Shown: piece by piece, positions 9,337-18,971 of the stretch | Layout: each line of letters starts with the position of its first letter | Position numbering within the stretch: the first letter of the stretch is position 1 | Assembly (NCBI GenBank): GCA_044346175.1 | Contig: JBIIZQ010000001.1 | Location: 145,224-209,223, forward strand | DNA length: 64,000 nucleotides | Source of the DNA: Vampirovibrionales bacterium | GTDB lineage: Bacteria > Cyanobacteriota > Vampirovibrionia > Vampirovibrionales > JAJTHC01 | Reading direction: 5' to 3' | Notes under the pieces: model-generated | Told to the model about the DNA's origin: nothing | Seen by the model: the letters and a program-made list of their open reading frames with translations, nothing else | Databases searched by the model: none | Translations under genes and position numbers: made by a program

Positions 9337-12300
9337 TTAGAACTCACTCGATAGAATCTCTTTAAGACTGTCAAACGTCAGGAACTTATCCATAGCGGAG
9401 CGGTCAGCCGAGATAATCGAGTCAACCAAATCACGCTTCACGCCTTGAAGCCGTTGGATTTTTTCTTCCACAGAGCTACGAGTAATCATCCGATAGACAA
9501 ATACCGTCTTGTTCTGTCCAATCCGATAGGCTCGGTCGGTGGCTTGGTCTTCTGCGGCAGGGTTCCACCAAGGGTCGTAGTGAATGACCACATCCGCGCC
9601 TGTTAGGTTTAATCCTGTGCCACCCGCTTTAAGGCTAATGAGGAATAAAGGAATATCGGTCTGCGTATTAAACTTCGTGACTTCCGCTTCTCGGTTACGT
9701 GTTTCACCCGTAAGGTAACAGTACTTTAAGCCTTCTTCATCCAACCAACCACGAATGATTTTAAGCATCTCAACAAATTGGCTAAAGAGTAGGATACGAT
9801 GTCCGTTTGCAATGGCGGAAAGTACAAACTCCTTCAGGGCTTCAAACTTACCAGAGGTCATGACATTCCCTCGGATAGCAGGGTCAAGCAGCATCGGGTG
9901 GCAGCAAATCTGTCTGAGACGAATCAGCGCCCTGAAAATGGCAGCTTGTGCCTTTTTTAAACCTGTTTCGCTCGGGTCGGACATAATTTCACGGCGGGTC
10001 TCCTCAAGCACACGCAAGTAGAGGTCGTACTGCTCGTCGGTCATTTCGCAATGATGGATACTCTCAATTTTAGGAGGTAGCTCTGAAAGTACATCCTGTT
10101 TTAAACGACGCAACATAAATGGCGAAACCTGTTTACGTAAACGACGCTCGGCATCACGATTGCCTTTTTCTTCAATGGGGAGTACGTATTTTTGTCTGAA
10201 GAGGGGCTTTTCATATAAAAAGCCTGGCATTAGGAAGTCAAACAAACTCCATAGCTCCAAAAGGCTATTTTCAATAGGGGTACCTGACAATGCTAAACGA
10301 TGATTGGCATTGAGTTCCTTAGCGGCAAGTGCGGTTTGCGATTCAGGATTTTTAATATTCTGTGCCTCATCCAAAATGACGCAGCGGAACGGGTACTTTT
10401 TGAGTGCTTTAATATCACGTCGCATGATGGTGTAGCTTGTGACGACAACATCGGCTTGTTTAATATGGGTGTACTCATCAAAACGGGTTGACCCTGTTAA
10501 ATTAAGCACCTGAAGTTCAGGGGCAAAGCGTGTTAGCTCATTGACCCAGTTAAACACCACCGAGGTAGGCGCCACAATCAGTGAGGGGGCTTGCCCGTGG
10601 ATGTTTTTAACATGTTGAAGTAATGTAATGGCTTGGAGGGTTTTACCAAGCCCCATGTCGTCGGCCAAAATACCGTTAAGCCCATAGTTATGAAGGAACA
10701 GGAGCCAGTTAAACCCTTGCGTTTGATAATGACGCAAGGTCGCTTGGATGTTCTCAGAGGGTGGTACTTCTTGGATGGGCTTACTGGAAGACATCACTTG
10801 CCAGAAGCCTTGGAATTGCTCATCCATGTTTAAAATCACGCCTTGGTCTTGCAACTCAGAGAGTAAACCTGCCTTGAAGGTTTGTACCAGATAGCTATCA
10901 GGGCCAAGGGTTTCAGCGTCAAAGGCTTGAATGGTTTTGCCAAACTGAAGCACGGTGGCTAAAGGCACTTCCACATAACCAGCCCCATCCAGATAAAAAT
11001 ACTTTTTACCTTGGAGCATGTAGGTTTGTACCTGCCCTAAATCCATCGTAATTTGGTCAACTTTGGCCGATAAGTTCAAACGGAACATATCCACTCTACC
11101 AGGCTCGAAGGCAATATCGGCAACCAGTCTCAATGGGTATTTAGAGACCTTAATCACGTTGAGGTCTTGCTGATTAGTGGGTAATTTTACCTGCCAACGG
11201 TGCTTATCAAGGCTAGGAATAATTTCATGAATAAAGTCAATGGCTCTATCGCCCTCGGCTTGGAAAAAATTAGCCTGAATGGGTTCAACCCCTAAATGAA
11301 CCAAATGCTCGAAGGCTTGCTGCTCGGCTTTCAAGTCACGCTTCATCCAGTAGATTTGGTCAGGGTTTTGCTTTACGACCATCACATACATACTATTTTC
11401 AGGCAGACTCCGTGTGTAGGCAACTTCCACGCCATCATAAGAGAAGGTCATACTGATACGCATTCTCAACGCTGCGGGGTCAATGAGTTCCACATGAAGT
11501 ATGCTCACAGGGGGGCGACGATAAAGCTTTGGACTGGTCAGCCCACCCCCAAAGTCTAAACTTAGGAAACGTTGGATTTTAGGTAACTCCTCAAAGAGGA
11601 ATTTTCCACCATCGGTGTCTCGAATATCATTGAAGGTCGACTTGACAAGATGTTTAGGCAACATGGAAAGTCGGATAGAAAGCGGATACAGTGTCTGACG
11701 GTACTGCCCCCATGGTACTTCCTTAGAGAAGATACGCATGGCTTCAAGCGGTATTTCTTCAATGACAGGATGTTTTTCACCCTGTTTATCCACCAGTAAC
11801 TGATGCTGTGCCTCCACGGAGAAAACCTTTTCAATATCAGCCTCTGAGGTATAATCACCCACATGCTCGTGATGACCAAAAAATAAGTCATCCCATACGT
11901 AATCCTCAGGGGCTTCAGGCACAAGCCAATGTAAAGAGGTCATGACATGACCGCCTTGTCCTGAAGCATTCACGGAGAGCTGGAGTACCAACGGGGTAGG
12001 GTAAAAATGGAAAGGAGCCCCTGTTTCTGCTTCAAGCACAAGGGGGTGGTGAGAAATAACCCGCAGGACATGGTCCAGTTTCTGCACGGGTAATTCAATC
12101 CAACCCTCCAGAGGATGCCGTGAGGGGAACGGAACCACTTGCTCCTTATGGAACCACTGCATTAGACGAATCTCTTGCTGCTCAATATCATTCAAGTGAG
12201 AAGTGCCGATGGTTGCTGCCAGACGAAGGATTTTCTCAAACTGTGTAACGGGTTGACGGGTTAAACGCTCAATTAAACGAATACCGACGTAACGGTCATC

Positions 12301-14247
12301 ACGGTGTAAGTCAAGTAAAATGACATATTGACAGGAGGCGGCGGCACTTAGCTTTTCATATTGCTCTTTAGGGGGGAGTTCTTGAGGGGCGGTGTGAGGC
12401 GAGTACGCCTGCCAAAAACGTAGCCAGTACCCACTATCAATGACGGTCAGTGCTGCCGCAATGGCATGCTTACACCAAATTTGTTCCAATGGACAGTTAC
12501 ACTCAGGACGCAAAGGGAGTTCTTCAGCATGGAGTTTTACTTGGTAGCCCTCTTTGAAACGCCCTTTAATTTCAGCATGGAAGCCATAATCAGTAAGCTC
12601 CACTTTACGCACCTGCCCAGAAGTTTGAAAGTATCCAAATCCACGGCGCCAATCACCAGGTTTTGCCCATTGACGAATCAGCTGAAAAGTCAGCGGGTAG
12701 AAATCGCTTGCCCACTGGACATTTTTTTCTGTGTGGAGCGGTTCATCACTCACATAAGGTTCGGGGAGGGTGGTTACGCTATCAGTGAAGTTTTCAGCTG
12801 TGTGCTGTAGCCTTTCCTCAAGTGCATACTCAAAAGTACGGTGGCGTGTTGTTGCTTCAGGCAACACAACAGGGGGTACTGTTTCAGCAGTCAGTGCGAC
12901 ATCGTGGTGTGGCAAGGTATCAGCTGCTGAGGAGGCTTGCGAGTGGTCTAAAATCTGCGAGGTGTAGGGAATTGTTTCACCGAGAGGAGGCTTGCTATTC
13001 TCTGAAAAATCTTCTAATACCCTCGAAGTAGGAAGAGAGGCTTCTACAAGCCCTTGTGGTAGCTCTGTTTCAGAAGTTTTTAGGCTTTTCTGTGAGGTTC
13101 CCTTAGGCGGACGACCTCGACGTTTCGGCATCACGACTTGTACTGCGGATACCTCGACCTCTTGGGAGGATACGACCGCTTCAAGCCCTTGTAGAGGGGC
13201 TTGCAAGCTTTCTTTTAAGTTTTCTTGGTGGGTTGTGGTGCTGGTTATAGCAACCGTCGACACGGCGTGTGTAGGTTCCAAGGCTTTCAGCTTTGCTGGA
13301 CGACCCCGTTTACGTTTTTGAATAGCTTCTACCATGTCTTTTGGGGTAGGTGCGTTCGGTTGCAGTACCATCGCCTGCGAGGTTTCTGTAAGGTCGGTTG
13401 CCATGGTCAACACGAGACCTTGCGTACTAAGTGAGTTTGGAGGCAAACTTCCAGGTAAAGAGGCTGTTTTTTTTGCAGGTCTAGGGGTGCTGCGTTTGGG
13501 ATGATGTCGCTTTGTGGTACCCGATACACTATTTTTTGAGTCGGAAGCCTTAGAAAAAGCCCGAGCAGACTGCATGGGGTCTGCTTTTCCAGTGGTTTTA
13601 GATTTCTGCTTAGTCGTTTTAAGGTTTTTACTTAGTGTGCCACTTGTTGTACTAAGGAGTGAGGGTGCTTTGGTGGGTCGTCCCTGTTGCTTTGCATTTT
13701 TACCTTTGTGTGATTTTTGCTGCCCCACAACTTCTTCTTGGTATACTTGCATCGCCTGGTGTAAGGCTTCTGCCAGTTGCTCAGTGGAGACTCCTAAACG
13801 AGGTAAAGGATTCTTGTAGCCTTTGGCTTTAAGCTTTGTGGGTGCTTTGGGAAAATGCCCTTGTGTGTCGGGTTTATCTTGTGGATGAGAGCCGTTTGTA
13901 CGTCTTTTAGGGGCTGCCATGGGGCGAGACCGACTCGTTTTTGAGCCTAAAGTCTTTGAAGCGTTTTGAGAGGATGAGAGGTTTGTTTGCAAAGTATGTG
14001 TGCTTGGCGTATTGCCTTCAGAGGATAATATTTGAGATACTTGAGAAGTCACCAATGGCTTTGCGTCTCTCCCTCTTTGTTTAGGTGTTCCCTGTGAGGA
14101 GATGGCTGGCGTGGCTTGTTCTGATTTTGCTTTGGGAGGACGACCCCGTTTCTTAGGAACCCCTTGGGATGTGTGTAGGGAAGCTTCGGAGGAAGCGTTG
14201 GAAACTTGGCGTTCTTGAGCCATCGAAGGGTCTGAAGTAGTGCGCAT
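9337..14247 (-). CDS. SNF2-family helicase with SWIM zinc finger and a ~550-aa disordered N-terminal tail carrying AT-hook motifs
   Basis: 1636 aa. SWIM motif CNCPLEQIWCKH. SNF2 motifs GLGKT, DEAQNIKN, SGTPIEN. Helicase C motifs GGTGLNLTGADVVIHYDPWWNP and QATDRAYRIGQ. The N-terminal tail has RGRP AT-hook cores at residues 34-37, 314-317 and 377-380. Confidence 0.85.
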   Translation of the reverse strand: MRTTSDPSMAQERQVSNASSEASLHTSQGVPKKRGRPPKAKSEQATPAISSQGTPKQRGRDAKPLVTSQVSQILSSEGNTPSTHTLQTNLSSSQNASKTLGSKTSRSRPMAAPKRRTNGSHPQDKPDTQGHFPKAPTKLKAKGYKNPLPRLGVSTEQLAEALHQAMQVYQEEVVGQQKSHKGKNAKQQGRPTKAPSLLSTTSGTLSKNLKTTKQKSKTTGKADPMQSARAFSKASDSKNSVSGTTKRHHPKRSTPRPAKKTASLPGSLPPNSLSTQGLVLTMATDLTETSQAMVLQPNAPTPKDMVEAIQKRKRGRPAKLKALEPTHAVSTVAITSTTTHQENLKESLQAPLQGLEAVVSSQEVEVSAVQVVMPKRRGRPPKGTSQKSLKTSETELPQGLVEASLPTSRVLEDFSENSKPPLGETIPYTSQILDHSQASSAADTLPHHDVALTAETVPPVVLPEATTRHRTFEYALEERLQHTAENFTDSVTTLPEPYVSDEPLHTEKNVQWASDFYPLTFQLIRQWAKPGDWRRGFGYFQTSGQVRKVELTDYGFHAEIKGRFKEGYQVKLHAEELPLRPECNCPLEQIWCKHAIAAALTVIDSGYWLRFWQAYSPHTAPQELPPKEQYEKLSAAASCQYVILLDLHRDDRYVGIRLIERLTRQPVTQFEKILRLAATIGTSHLNDIEQQEIRLMQWFHKEQVVPFPSRHPLEGWIELPVQKLDHVLRVISHHPLVLEAETGAPFHFYPTPLVLQLSVNASGQGGHVMTSLHWLVPEAPEDYVWDDLFFGHHEHVGDYTSEADIEKVFSVEAQHQLLVDKQGEKHPVIEEIPLEAMRIFSKEVPWGQYRQTLYPLSIRLSMLPKHLVKSTFNDIRDTDGGKFLFEELPKIQRFLSLDFGGGLTSPKLYRRPPVSILHVELIDPAALRMRISMTFSYDGVEVAYTRSLPENSMYVMVVKQNPDQIYWMKRDLKAEQQAFEHLVHLGVEPIQANFFQAEGDRAIDFIHEIIPSLDKHRWQVKLPTNQQDLNVIKVSKYPLRLVADIAFEPGRVDMFRLNLSAKVDQITMDLGQVQTYMLQGKKYFYLDGAGYVEVPLATVLQFGKTIQAFDAETLGPDSYLVQTFKAGLLSELQDQGVILNMDEQFQGFWQVMSSSKPIQEVPPSENIQATLRHYQTQGFNWLLFLHNYGLNGILADDMGLGKTLQAITLLQHVKNIHGQAPSLIVAPTSVVFNWVNELTRFAPELQVLNLTGSTRFDEYTHIKQADVVVTSYTIMRRDIKALKKYPFRCVILDEAQNIKNPESQTALAAKELNANHRLALSGTPIENSLLELWSLFDFLMPGFLYEKPLFRQKYVLPIEEKGNRDAERRLRKQVSPFMLRRLKQDVLSELPPKIESIHHCEMTDEQYDLYLRVLEETRREIMSDPSETGLKKAQAAIFRALIRLRQICCHPMLLDPAIRGNVMTSGKFEALKEFVLSAIANGHRILLFSQFVEMLKIIRGWLDEEGLKYCYLTGETRNREAEVTKFNTQTDIPLFLISLKAGGTGLNLTGADVVIHYDPWWNPAAEDQATDRAYRIGQNKTVFVYRMITRSSVEEKIQRLQGVKRDLVDSIISADRSAMDKFLTFDSLKEILSSEF

Positions 14248-14882
14248 TAAAACAATACAGTTTTCAGAGAAGCATTAAAGGGTTAACATCATTACAAACA
14301 CAGTATAGCTTATTGAGCGACCTCACTTTTTGAGAGTATCGTTTGCTAAGGGTATACTTCAAAAAAATATTTCAATACGATGAATCATCGCCATCCATTG
14401 TTGCCATCAACACGTTACGTTCTAAACGCTTTTGCCCCTCTTTATAAAGTGTGGATAGGGGGGGAGAAGGTACTTTAATCTCACTGATTGAAGGTACACG
14501 AGTGCCATGCACACTTTTAAATAAGAGATAAGCCCCTAAACATCATTGTGAAGCACACCAAAATCATCTAAATCCTGCATAGTGAGCGTGTAAGCCAGCG
14601 TAGTGTTGTGCCATCATTTTAGAAAAGAACCCCTACGCTAGCGTGCATTCATGGCATAATTTCTCATGGCACACTAGAAGCGATATTTTAGGATAGCATT
14701 TTTGGAAGACCACCTAAAAGATTAAACCTATGATAGTGCAGGCTACTATATTTCATAGCACGGGCAAATAAAAAATACAACCTTCCACGGTAACCCTATA
14801 TCAAAATATCCTTTAAAAAGAGGAGTCTCATAGTTAGCGCGTGTAGACGTACCGCCCCGTTACACCACCTAACCCACGTTGC

Positions 14883-15953
14883 TTAGCACCAGCCTACTTC
14901 TTGAAGCACTTGAGGCACAACGGTATCTCGTGTTGGTTGATGCCCTGTCCATACCTTACACACGCAAACTTCCCCTGTATCAAGACGTAACACACACACC
15001 AAGGCTTCTGCACCTGATTTACTTACTAAGGGAATGCTTGCCTTTTGTCTCATAAGACGGGTATCAAGCCTTGGGTTTCCGCCCATATTGCCTGCTAGGA
15101 GTTCAGGGTGCTTGGCCATGGCTTCTATGATAGGGCGTGTGACGGGGTCAGCCCACAAAGCATGGTAGGCATAGGTAAGCCATTTAAAAGAGCTACTCGG
15201 CACAGGTAAACCGCACCCGTCTTGGTGCCACAGAAGCGTTTCACGGGCTAATTCAGGCTCGAAACCCGTATGCTTTGCCAGCCAAGTATGGATACATTGC
15301 CGCCAATCAGACAAAGCCGCTTCAGGATAAAAGCCCTCTGTTAATATGTTTTCTTGGCGTGTTTGTTGAGAGGTTTCAGGTGCGTGCATATGATACAACC
15401 AAGTGAGAAAAGCACTATGTTTTCCTGAACAATTATGGTGTAACGATGTTATCGCCAAGGGTGCTACCTCGGGTAAGCCTTGCAACCCTAACGGCCCATG
15501 GGTACCACATTTCAGATGGTTTACGTCTGCGAGCGCTTTTTCAAGCCACCATGAGACCCACTGTGTATGCTCAGGCATACCGCTATGGCTTGCACACGCA
15601 ATGGCAATGGCTTGTGAGGGAAGGGCTTGACGTGCTTCAGGGCTTAGTGCCAACCAATAGGGTAAAAATTGAAAAGGTTTTGCAGCCGAACGCCAACATA
15701 CCCGTCGTGGTAGGGGGTCAGGTGTTGTGTCTTTTATCTGTGGTGATACTTCACGCCACTGGTAGGAGGCATCCTGAGTGAGGGTGAGCCAGCCCCAAGT
15801 GATAGGATGTACCGATTCCATGACGTAGGATGTATTGTCAAGGCTTGCGTCCTGTGAGCAGTGTTCACCCCAAAGCGGACGAACGTACTGAGCCATTGTA
15901 CAATCGGCATTTAAAATAGGTTGAAACCCTTGGGTGATAGGCATGAATGACAT
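14883..15953 (-). CDS. L-asparaginase II family protein (PF06089-like)
   Basis: 356 aa with an NCSGKHSAFL motif characteristic of the asparaginase_II family. The call is moderate. Confidence 0.45.
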   Translation of the reverse strand: MSFMPITQGFQPILNADCTMAQYVRPLWGEHCSQDASLDNTSYVMESVHPITWGWLTLTQDASYQWREVSPQIKDTTPDPLPRRVCWRSAAKPFQFLPYWLALSPEARQALPSQAIAIACASHSGMPEHTQWVSWWLEKALADVNHLKCGTHGPLGLQGLPEVAPLAITSLHHNCSGKHSAFLTWLYHMHAPETSQQTRQENILTEGFYPEAALSDWRQCIHTWLAKHTGFEPELARETLLWHQDGCGLPVPSSSFKWLTYAYHALWADPVTRPIIEAMAKHPELLAGNMGGNPRLDTRLMRQKASIPLVSKSGAEALVCVLRLDTGEVCVCKVWTGHQPTRDTVVPQVLQEVGWC

Positions 15954-16129
15954 CCTACAAAGTACTTAGACATCCTATGGATAAAGGAAATTGTACCCTT
16001 TTCACAGTACAGCATCCTCCCATGACTGTACCATAAGTATGACGTGATGGTGGAGACCTCTCCCTTTTCAGACGAACGGTATTCTGAATAATAGCCACAC
16101 AGGCATTTTAAAAGCTTAAGCCCTTCTCA

Positions 16130-17023
16130 TTGCCTCACAAGGAGTACCCTCCCTTTATGATGATGTTTGTTGACCCCTTCATTACGGCGATGAACAGCCA
16201 TAAGGCAGCCCAAGAGTGGTTTAGTGCCATGTCTCAAAACGTTGGCAATATGTACACAATGGGTTACAAACAAAAAGTTGCCCAGTTTGGCGACTTTCTC
16301 AACGGCGTGTACGTAGACCGTATTGCAATTGATGCTGGGCAGGGTAATAGTTTTCCAGGAAAATCCGACACTAACTTATTTGTGGAAGGTAGTGGGTGGT
16401 TTATTGTGCGTAAGCCCGATGGCTCACAACGCTTTACTCGTATTGGGGATTTTAAACTCAATGGCGATGGTGCCCTTGTGAATGAAGCGGGGTGGAAAGT
16501 ACAGGGATATTTGCTAGGGGATGATGGGCAGATGGTTGATACTGGCAATGCCGCCACACCACCTAGCTTAAGTAAAGCCCCCGCAGGGTTTGCGAAAAGC
16601 CACAGCAAGGGGGATGTGTTTGATATGCCCACTACAGAAATATCCTTGTGGGTTGACCCGAGCAACGGTAAGTTTTTTGGCAAGTATGACGAGTACAAAA
16701 TCAAGTCGGATGGTACCATTGTGGGGGTTGCTAATAAGGGTAAGCTGACGGTACCCCTTTTTAAAGTTGCCCTCGCCCGTTTCCAAAACCCTGACGGGTT
16801 ACGTGAAATTGAAGACAATATGTTTATTCCTTCTGCTGCCTCGGGGGAACCGATTAAGGGTGACACGGGGGAAGTGCGTAAGGGGCTACTGGAAAAATCC
16901 AACACCAGTGGGCGTAAAAATGCCCTCTATTTGCAACAAGCTAAGGCACAAATGGAGATTGCTAATAAGCTGATTACGACCACTAAGGGGATTCTGGATG
17001 AAGCCTTGAGGCTGATTCAGTAA
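16130..17023 (+). CDS. flgE: Flagellar hook/basal-body rod family protein (FlgE-like, short)
   Basis: The N-terminal rod motif SAMSQNVGNMYTMGYK resembles NIANxNTxGYK. The C-terminus GLLEKSNTSGRKNALYLQQAKAQMEIANKLITTTKGILDEALRL resembles the Flg_bbr_C signature. The internal NGDGALVNEAGWKVQGY and ARFQNPDGL are FlgE-like. The real start is probably MMMFVDPF at ~16157. Confidence 0.6.
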   Translation: MPHKEYPPFMMMFVDPFITAMNSHKAAQEWFSAMSQNVGNMYTMGYKQKVAQFGDFLNGVYVDRIAIDAGQGNSFPGKSDTNLFVEGSGWFIVRKPDGSQRFTRIGDFKLNGDGALVNEAGWKVQGYLLGDDGQMVDTGNAATPPSLSKAPAGFAKSHSKGDVFDMPTTEISLWVDPSNGKFFGKYDEYKIKSDGTIVGVANKGKLTVPLFKVALARFQNPDGLREIEDNMFIPSAASGEPIKGDTGEVRKGLLEKSNTSGRKNALYLQQAKAQMEIANKLITTTKGILDEALRLIQ

Positions 17024-17031
17024 CGGGTTTT

Positions 17032-17868
17032 TCACGAAGCACAGTATCGTGCAAGCTGAGGTAAGTCTAGGACTCCCACACGACATACGGACACCTTGTC
17101 TAGTGCTGTTGTGTCTGTGGCTTTTGAGGCGTGTCCGCAATCAAGAGGTTTGGTTGTGCTACCTTCCGTTGAGGTGTCCATCTCCAGTGTGTGTATGCCT
17201 TGCCCCGATGATAGTAACATCAAGGCTTGGGCTTGTAGGGTTTGGGCGAGATACATCGCAAGGTATTCATTCTCTTGATACCCGAGGGTGTCTGAGTCGT
17301 ATACGGTGGGGGTGAGTTCGTGTTGACTCACAATAGGTATGAGTTCAGGGGCAGTAAGCATAGGGAGTATGCTTTGGGCGAGTGCATGTAAGCTCCCTGA
17401 GAGTTCACCGTGTACACCGACCTGACTCACCACATACCCTTGTGGTAACAACAACTGGGCTAAAAGGGTCATCAAAACGGGTTGCCCCATGGCAACGAGC
17501 ATAGCGTGCGTATAACAAGGCAAAGGGTGAGTTCCAAGTGCTATCCGATGCACGGGGTTATCGGTTTCGTACTGTCGCCATTGGGTCATGCGTTGCCCCA
17601 CTAAGTTTGCCTCTGAAAGGACTAAAACGACCTTTTGACCTTGTCCTTTGCACTGACACATCCAGTGTACAAGGGTTTGTAGCTTTTGCATGGATACCCC
17701 AAAGTAGGGTGGCAGGTAAGTCATCATGTCGGGTGAGGAGGTGTCGGGTATCTCCGTCATTAAAGCCCCTGTGCTTATGTGCAGTACGTGGCAGTGGGCT
17801 GAGCGTATGTCGGTAGCAGTCTTTGCCAAATGGAAGGAGCGAGTGCTTTTGGAGGCGTGTTGTTTCAT
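17032..17868 (-). CDS. Hypothetical protein, fourth gene of the arg operon
   Basis: The track ORF runs 17032..18009 but overlaps argF. The ATG at 17866-17868 overlaps the argF stop as ATGA. No recognisable motif. Confidence 0.4.
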   Translation of the reverse strand: MKQHASKSTRSFHLAKTATDIRSAHCHVLHISTGALMTEIPDTSSPDMMTYLPPYFGVSMQKLQTLVHWMCQCKGQGQKVVLVLSEANLVGQRMTQWRQYETDNPVHRIALGTHPLPCYTHAMLVAMGQPVLMTLLAQLLLPQGYVVSQVGVHGELSGSLHALAQSILPMLTAPELIPIVSQHELTPTVYDSDTLGYQENEYLAMYLAQTLQAQALMLLSSGQGIHTLEMDTSTEGSTTKPLDCGHASKATDTTALDKVSVCRVGVLDLPQLARYCAS

Positions 17869-18938
17869 AGGTGCATGGCTCCTAAGGCACAGGCACTTAA
17901 AATAGCTTTCTGGGCATGGAGTCGATTTTCGGCCTGTGTAAAAATGGTCTCTGCATGGGCTTCTAATACGCCGTGGGTGATTTCTTCTTCTCGATGGGCG
18001 GGTAAACAATGCAGCACAAGGGTGTTAGGTTTGGCTTGGGTTAGCATGGCTTCGTTGACTTGATAGGGCTTAAAAATCTGGAGCCTTTCCTGATAGCTTT
18101 CCTCTTGCCCCATACTGGTCCATACATCGGTGTAAATCGCATCCGCATGTTGGGTTGGTAGGGGTGTTTCTGTATGTACTGCCACCCGACTTCCTGTCAA
18201 TGCCTGCCATGGCTGGAGGGCATCAAGGGTTTCCTGAGAGGGGGTATAGCCCTCAGGGCATGCTAACGTGATATGTAAGCCACAAGCCACGGCGGCTTGC
18301 ATGAGGCTTACTGCTACATTATTGCCATCGCCTACGTACATGAGTGTTTTACCACGCATCGCTTCAAGACGACCACCCCATGCACCCATCAAAGTTAGCA
18401 TATCAGCCATGGCTTGGCAGGGATGATGCGTATCACTTAAGCCGTTAATAATGGGTACCTTGCTCCAGTGTGCTAGTTCAGTCACGATTTCATGGGCAAA
18501 GGTCCGAATCATAACACCATGCACATAGCCTTGTAGTGTACGTGCCACGTCAGCCACACTTTCTCGTACGCCTAAGCCTATTTCCTCTTGACGCAGGCTC
18601 ATGGGGGTACCGCCTAACTCCCGAATCCCCACCTCAAAGCTCACCCGAGTGCGACAAGAAGGTTTCTCAAAATACAATGCCCAGGTTTGCCCTCGTAGAG
18701 GCGTGTAAAGGCTTTGCTGTGTATGACGATGTTGTTTCATCCATTGTGCATGATGTAACAAGGCTTGAATGATGGCAGGGCTTAGGGTGTCCAATTGAAG
18801 AAAGTCTTCCAAGTAGGGCAGTGTACCCATGGGAAAGCCCGTAGGATTTGGTGAGGCTTGTGGGAGTGTGGACGGATGCTGAGGAGGCATCGTCGTTTTT
18901 GACAAAGACTTTAATAATAAAGAAGGTAATGGCGACAT
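17865..18938 (-). CDS. argF: Ornithine carbamoyltransferase
   Basis: SCRTR(VS)FE carbamoyl-phosphate motif, HPCQ, HCLPAHR. Carries a ~35-aa low-complexity N-terminal extension in the longest ORF. Confidence 0.8.
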   Translation of the reverse strand: MSPLPSLLLKSLSKTTMPPQHPSTLPQASPNPTGFPMGTLPYLEDFLQLDTLSPAIIQALLHHAQWMKQHRHTQQSLYTPLRGQTWALYFEKPSCRTRVSFEVGIRELGGTPMSLRQEEIGLGVRESVADVARTLQGYVHGVMIRTFAHEIVTELAHWSKVPIINGLSDTHHPCQAMADMLTLMGAWGGRLEAMRGKTLMYVGDGNNVAVSLMQAAVACGLHITLACPEGYTPSQETLDALQPWQALTGSRVAVHTETPLPTQHADAIYTDVWTSMGQEESYQERLQIFKPYQVNEAMLTQAKPNTLVLHCLPAHREEEITHGVLEAHAETIFTQAENRLHAQKAILSACALGAMHL

Positions 18939-18971
18939 GGATGAGGGGGTACTTTCTTGGCTCAGAGAGGA

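Noticed and set aside
16264-16905. Antisense ORF of 213 aa inside the flgE-like gene, and similar nested ORFs inside dnaJ (41480-42200), the P-rich genes (54563-55070) and the SNF2 gene
   Set aside because: They are embedded opposite or out-of-frame within strongly supported genes and have no motif. Such ORFs are typical of moderately GC-rich low-complexity coding DNA.
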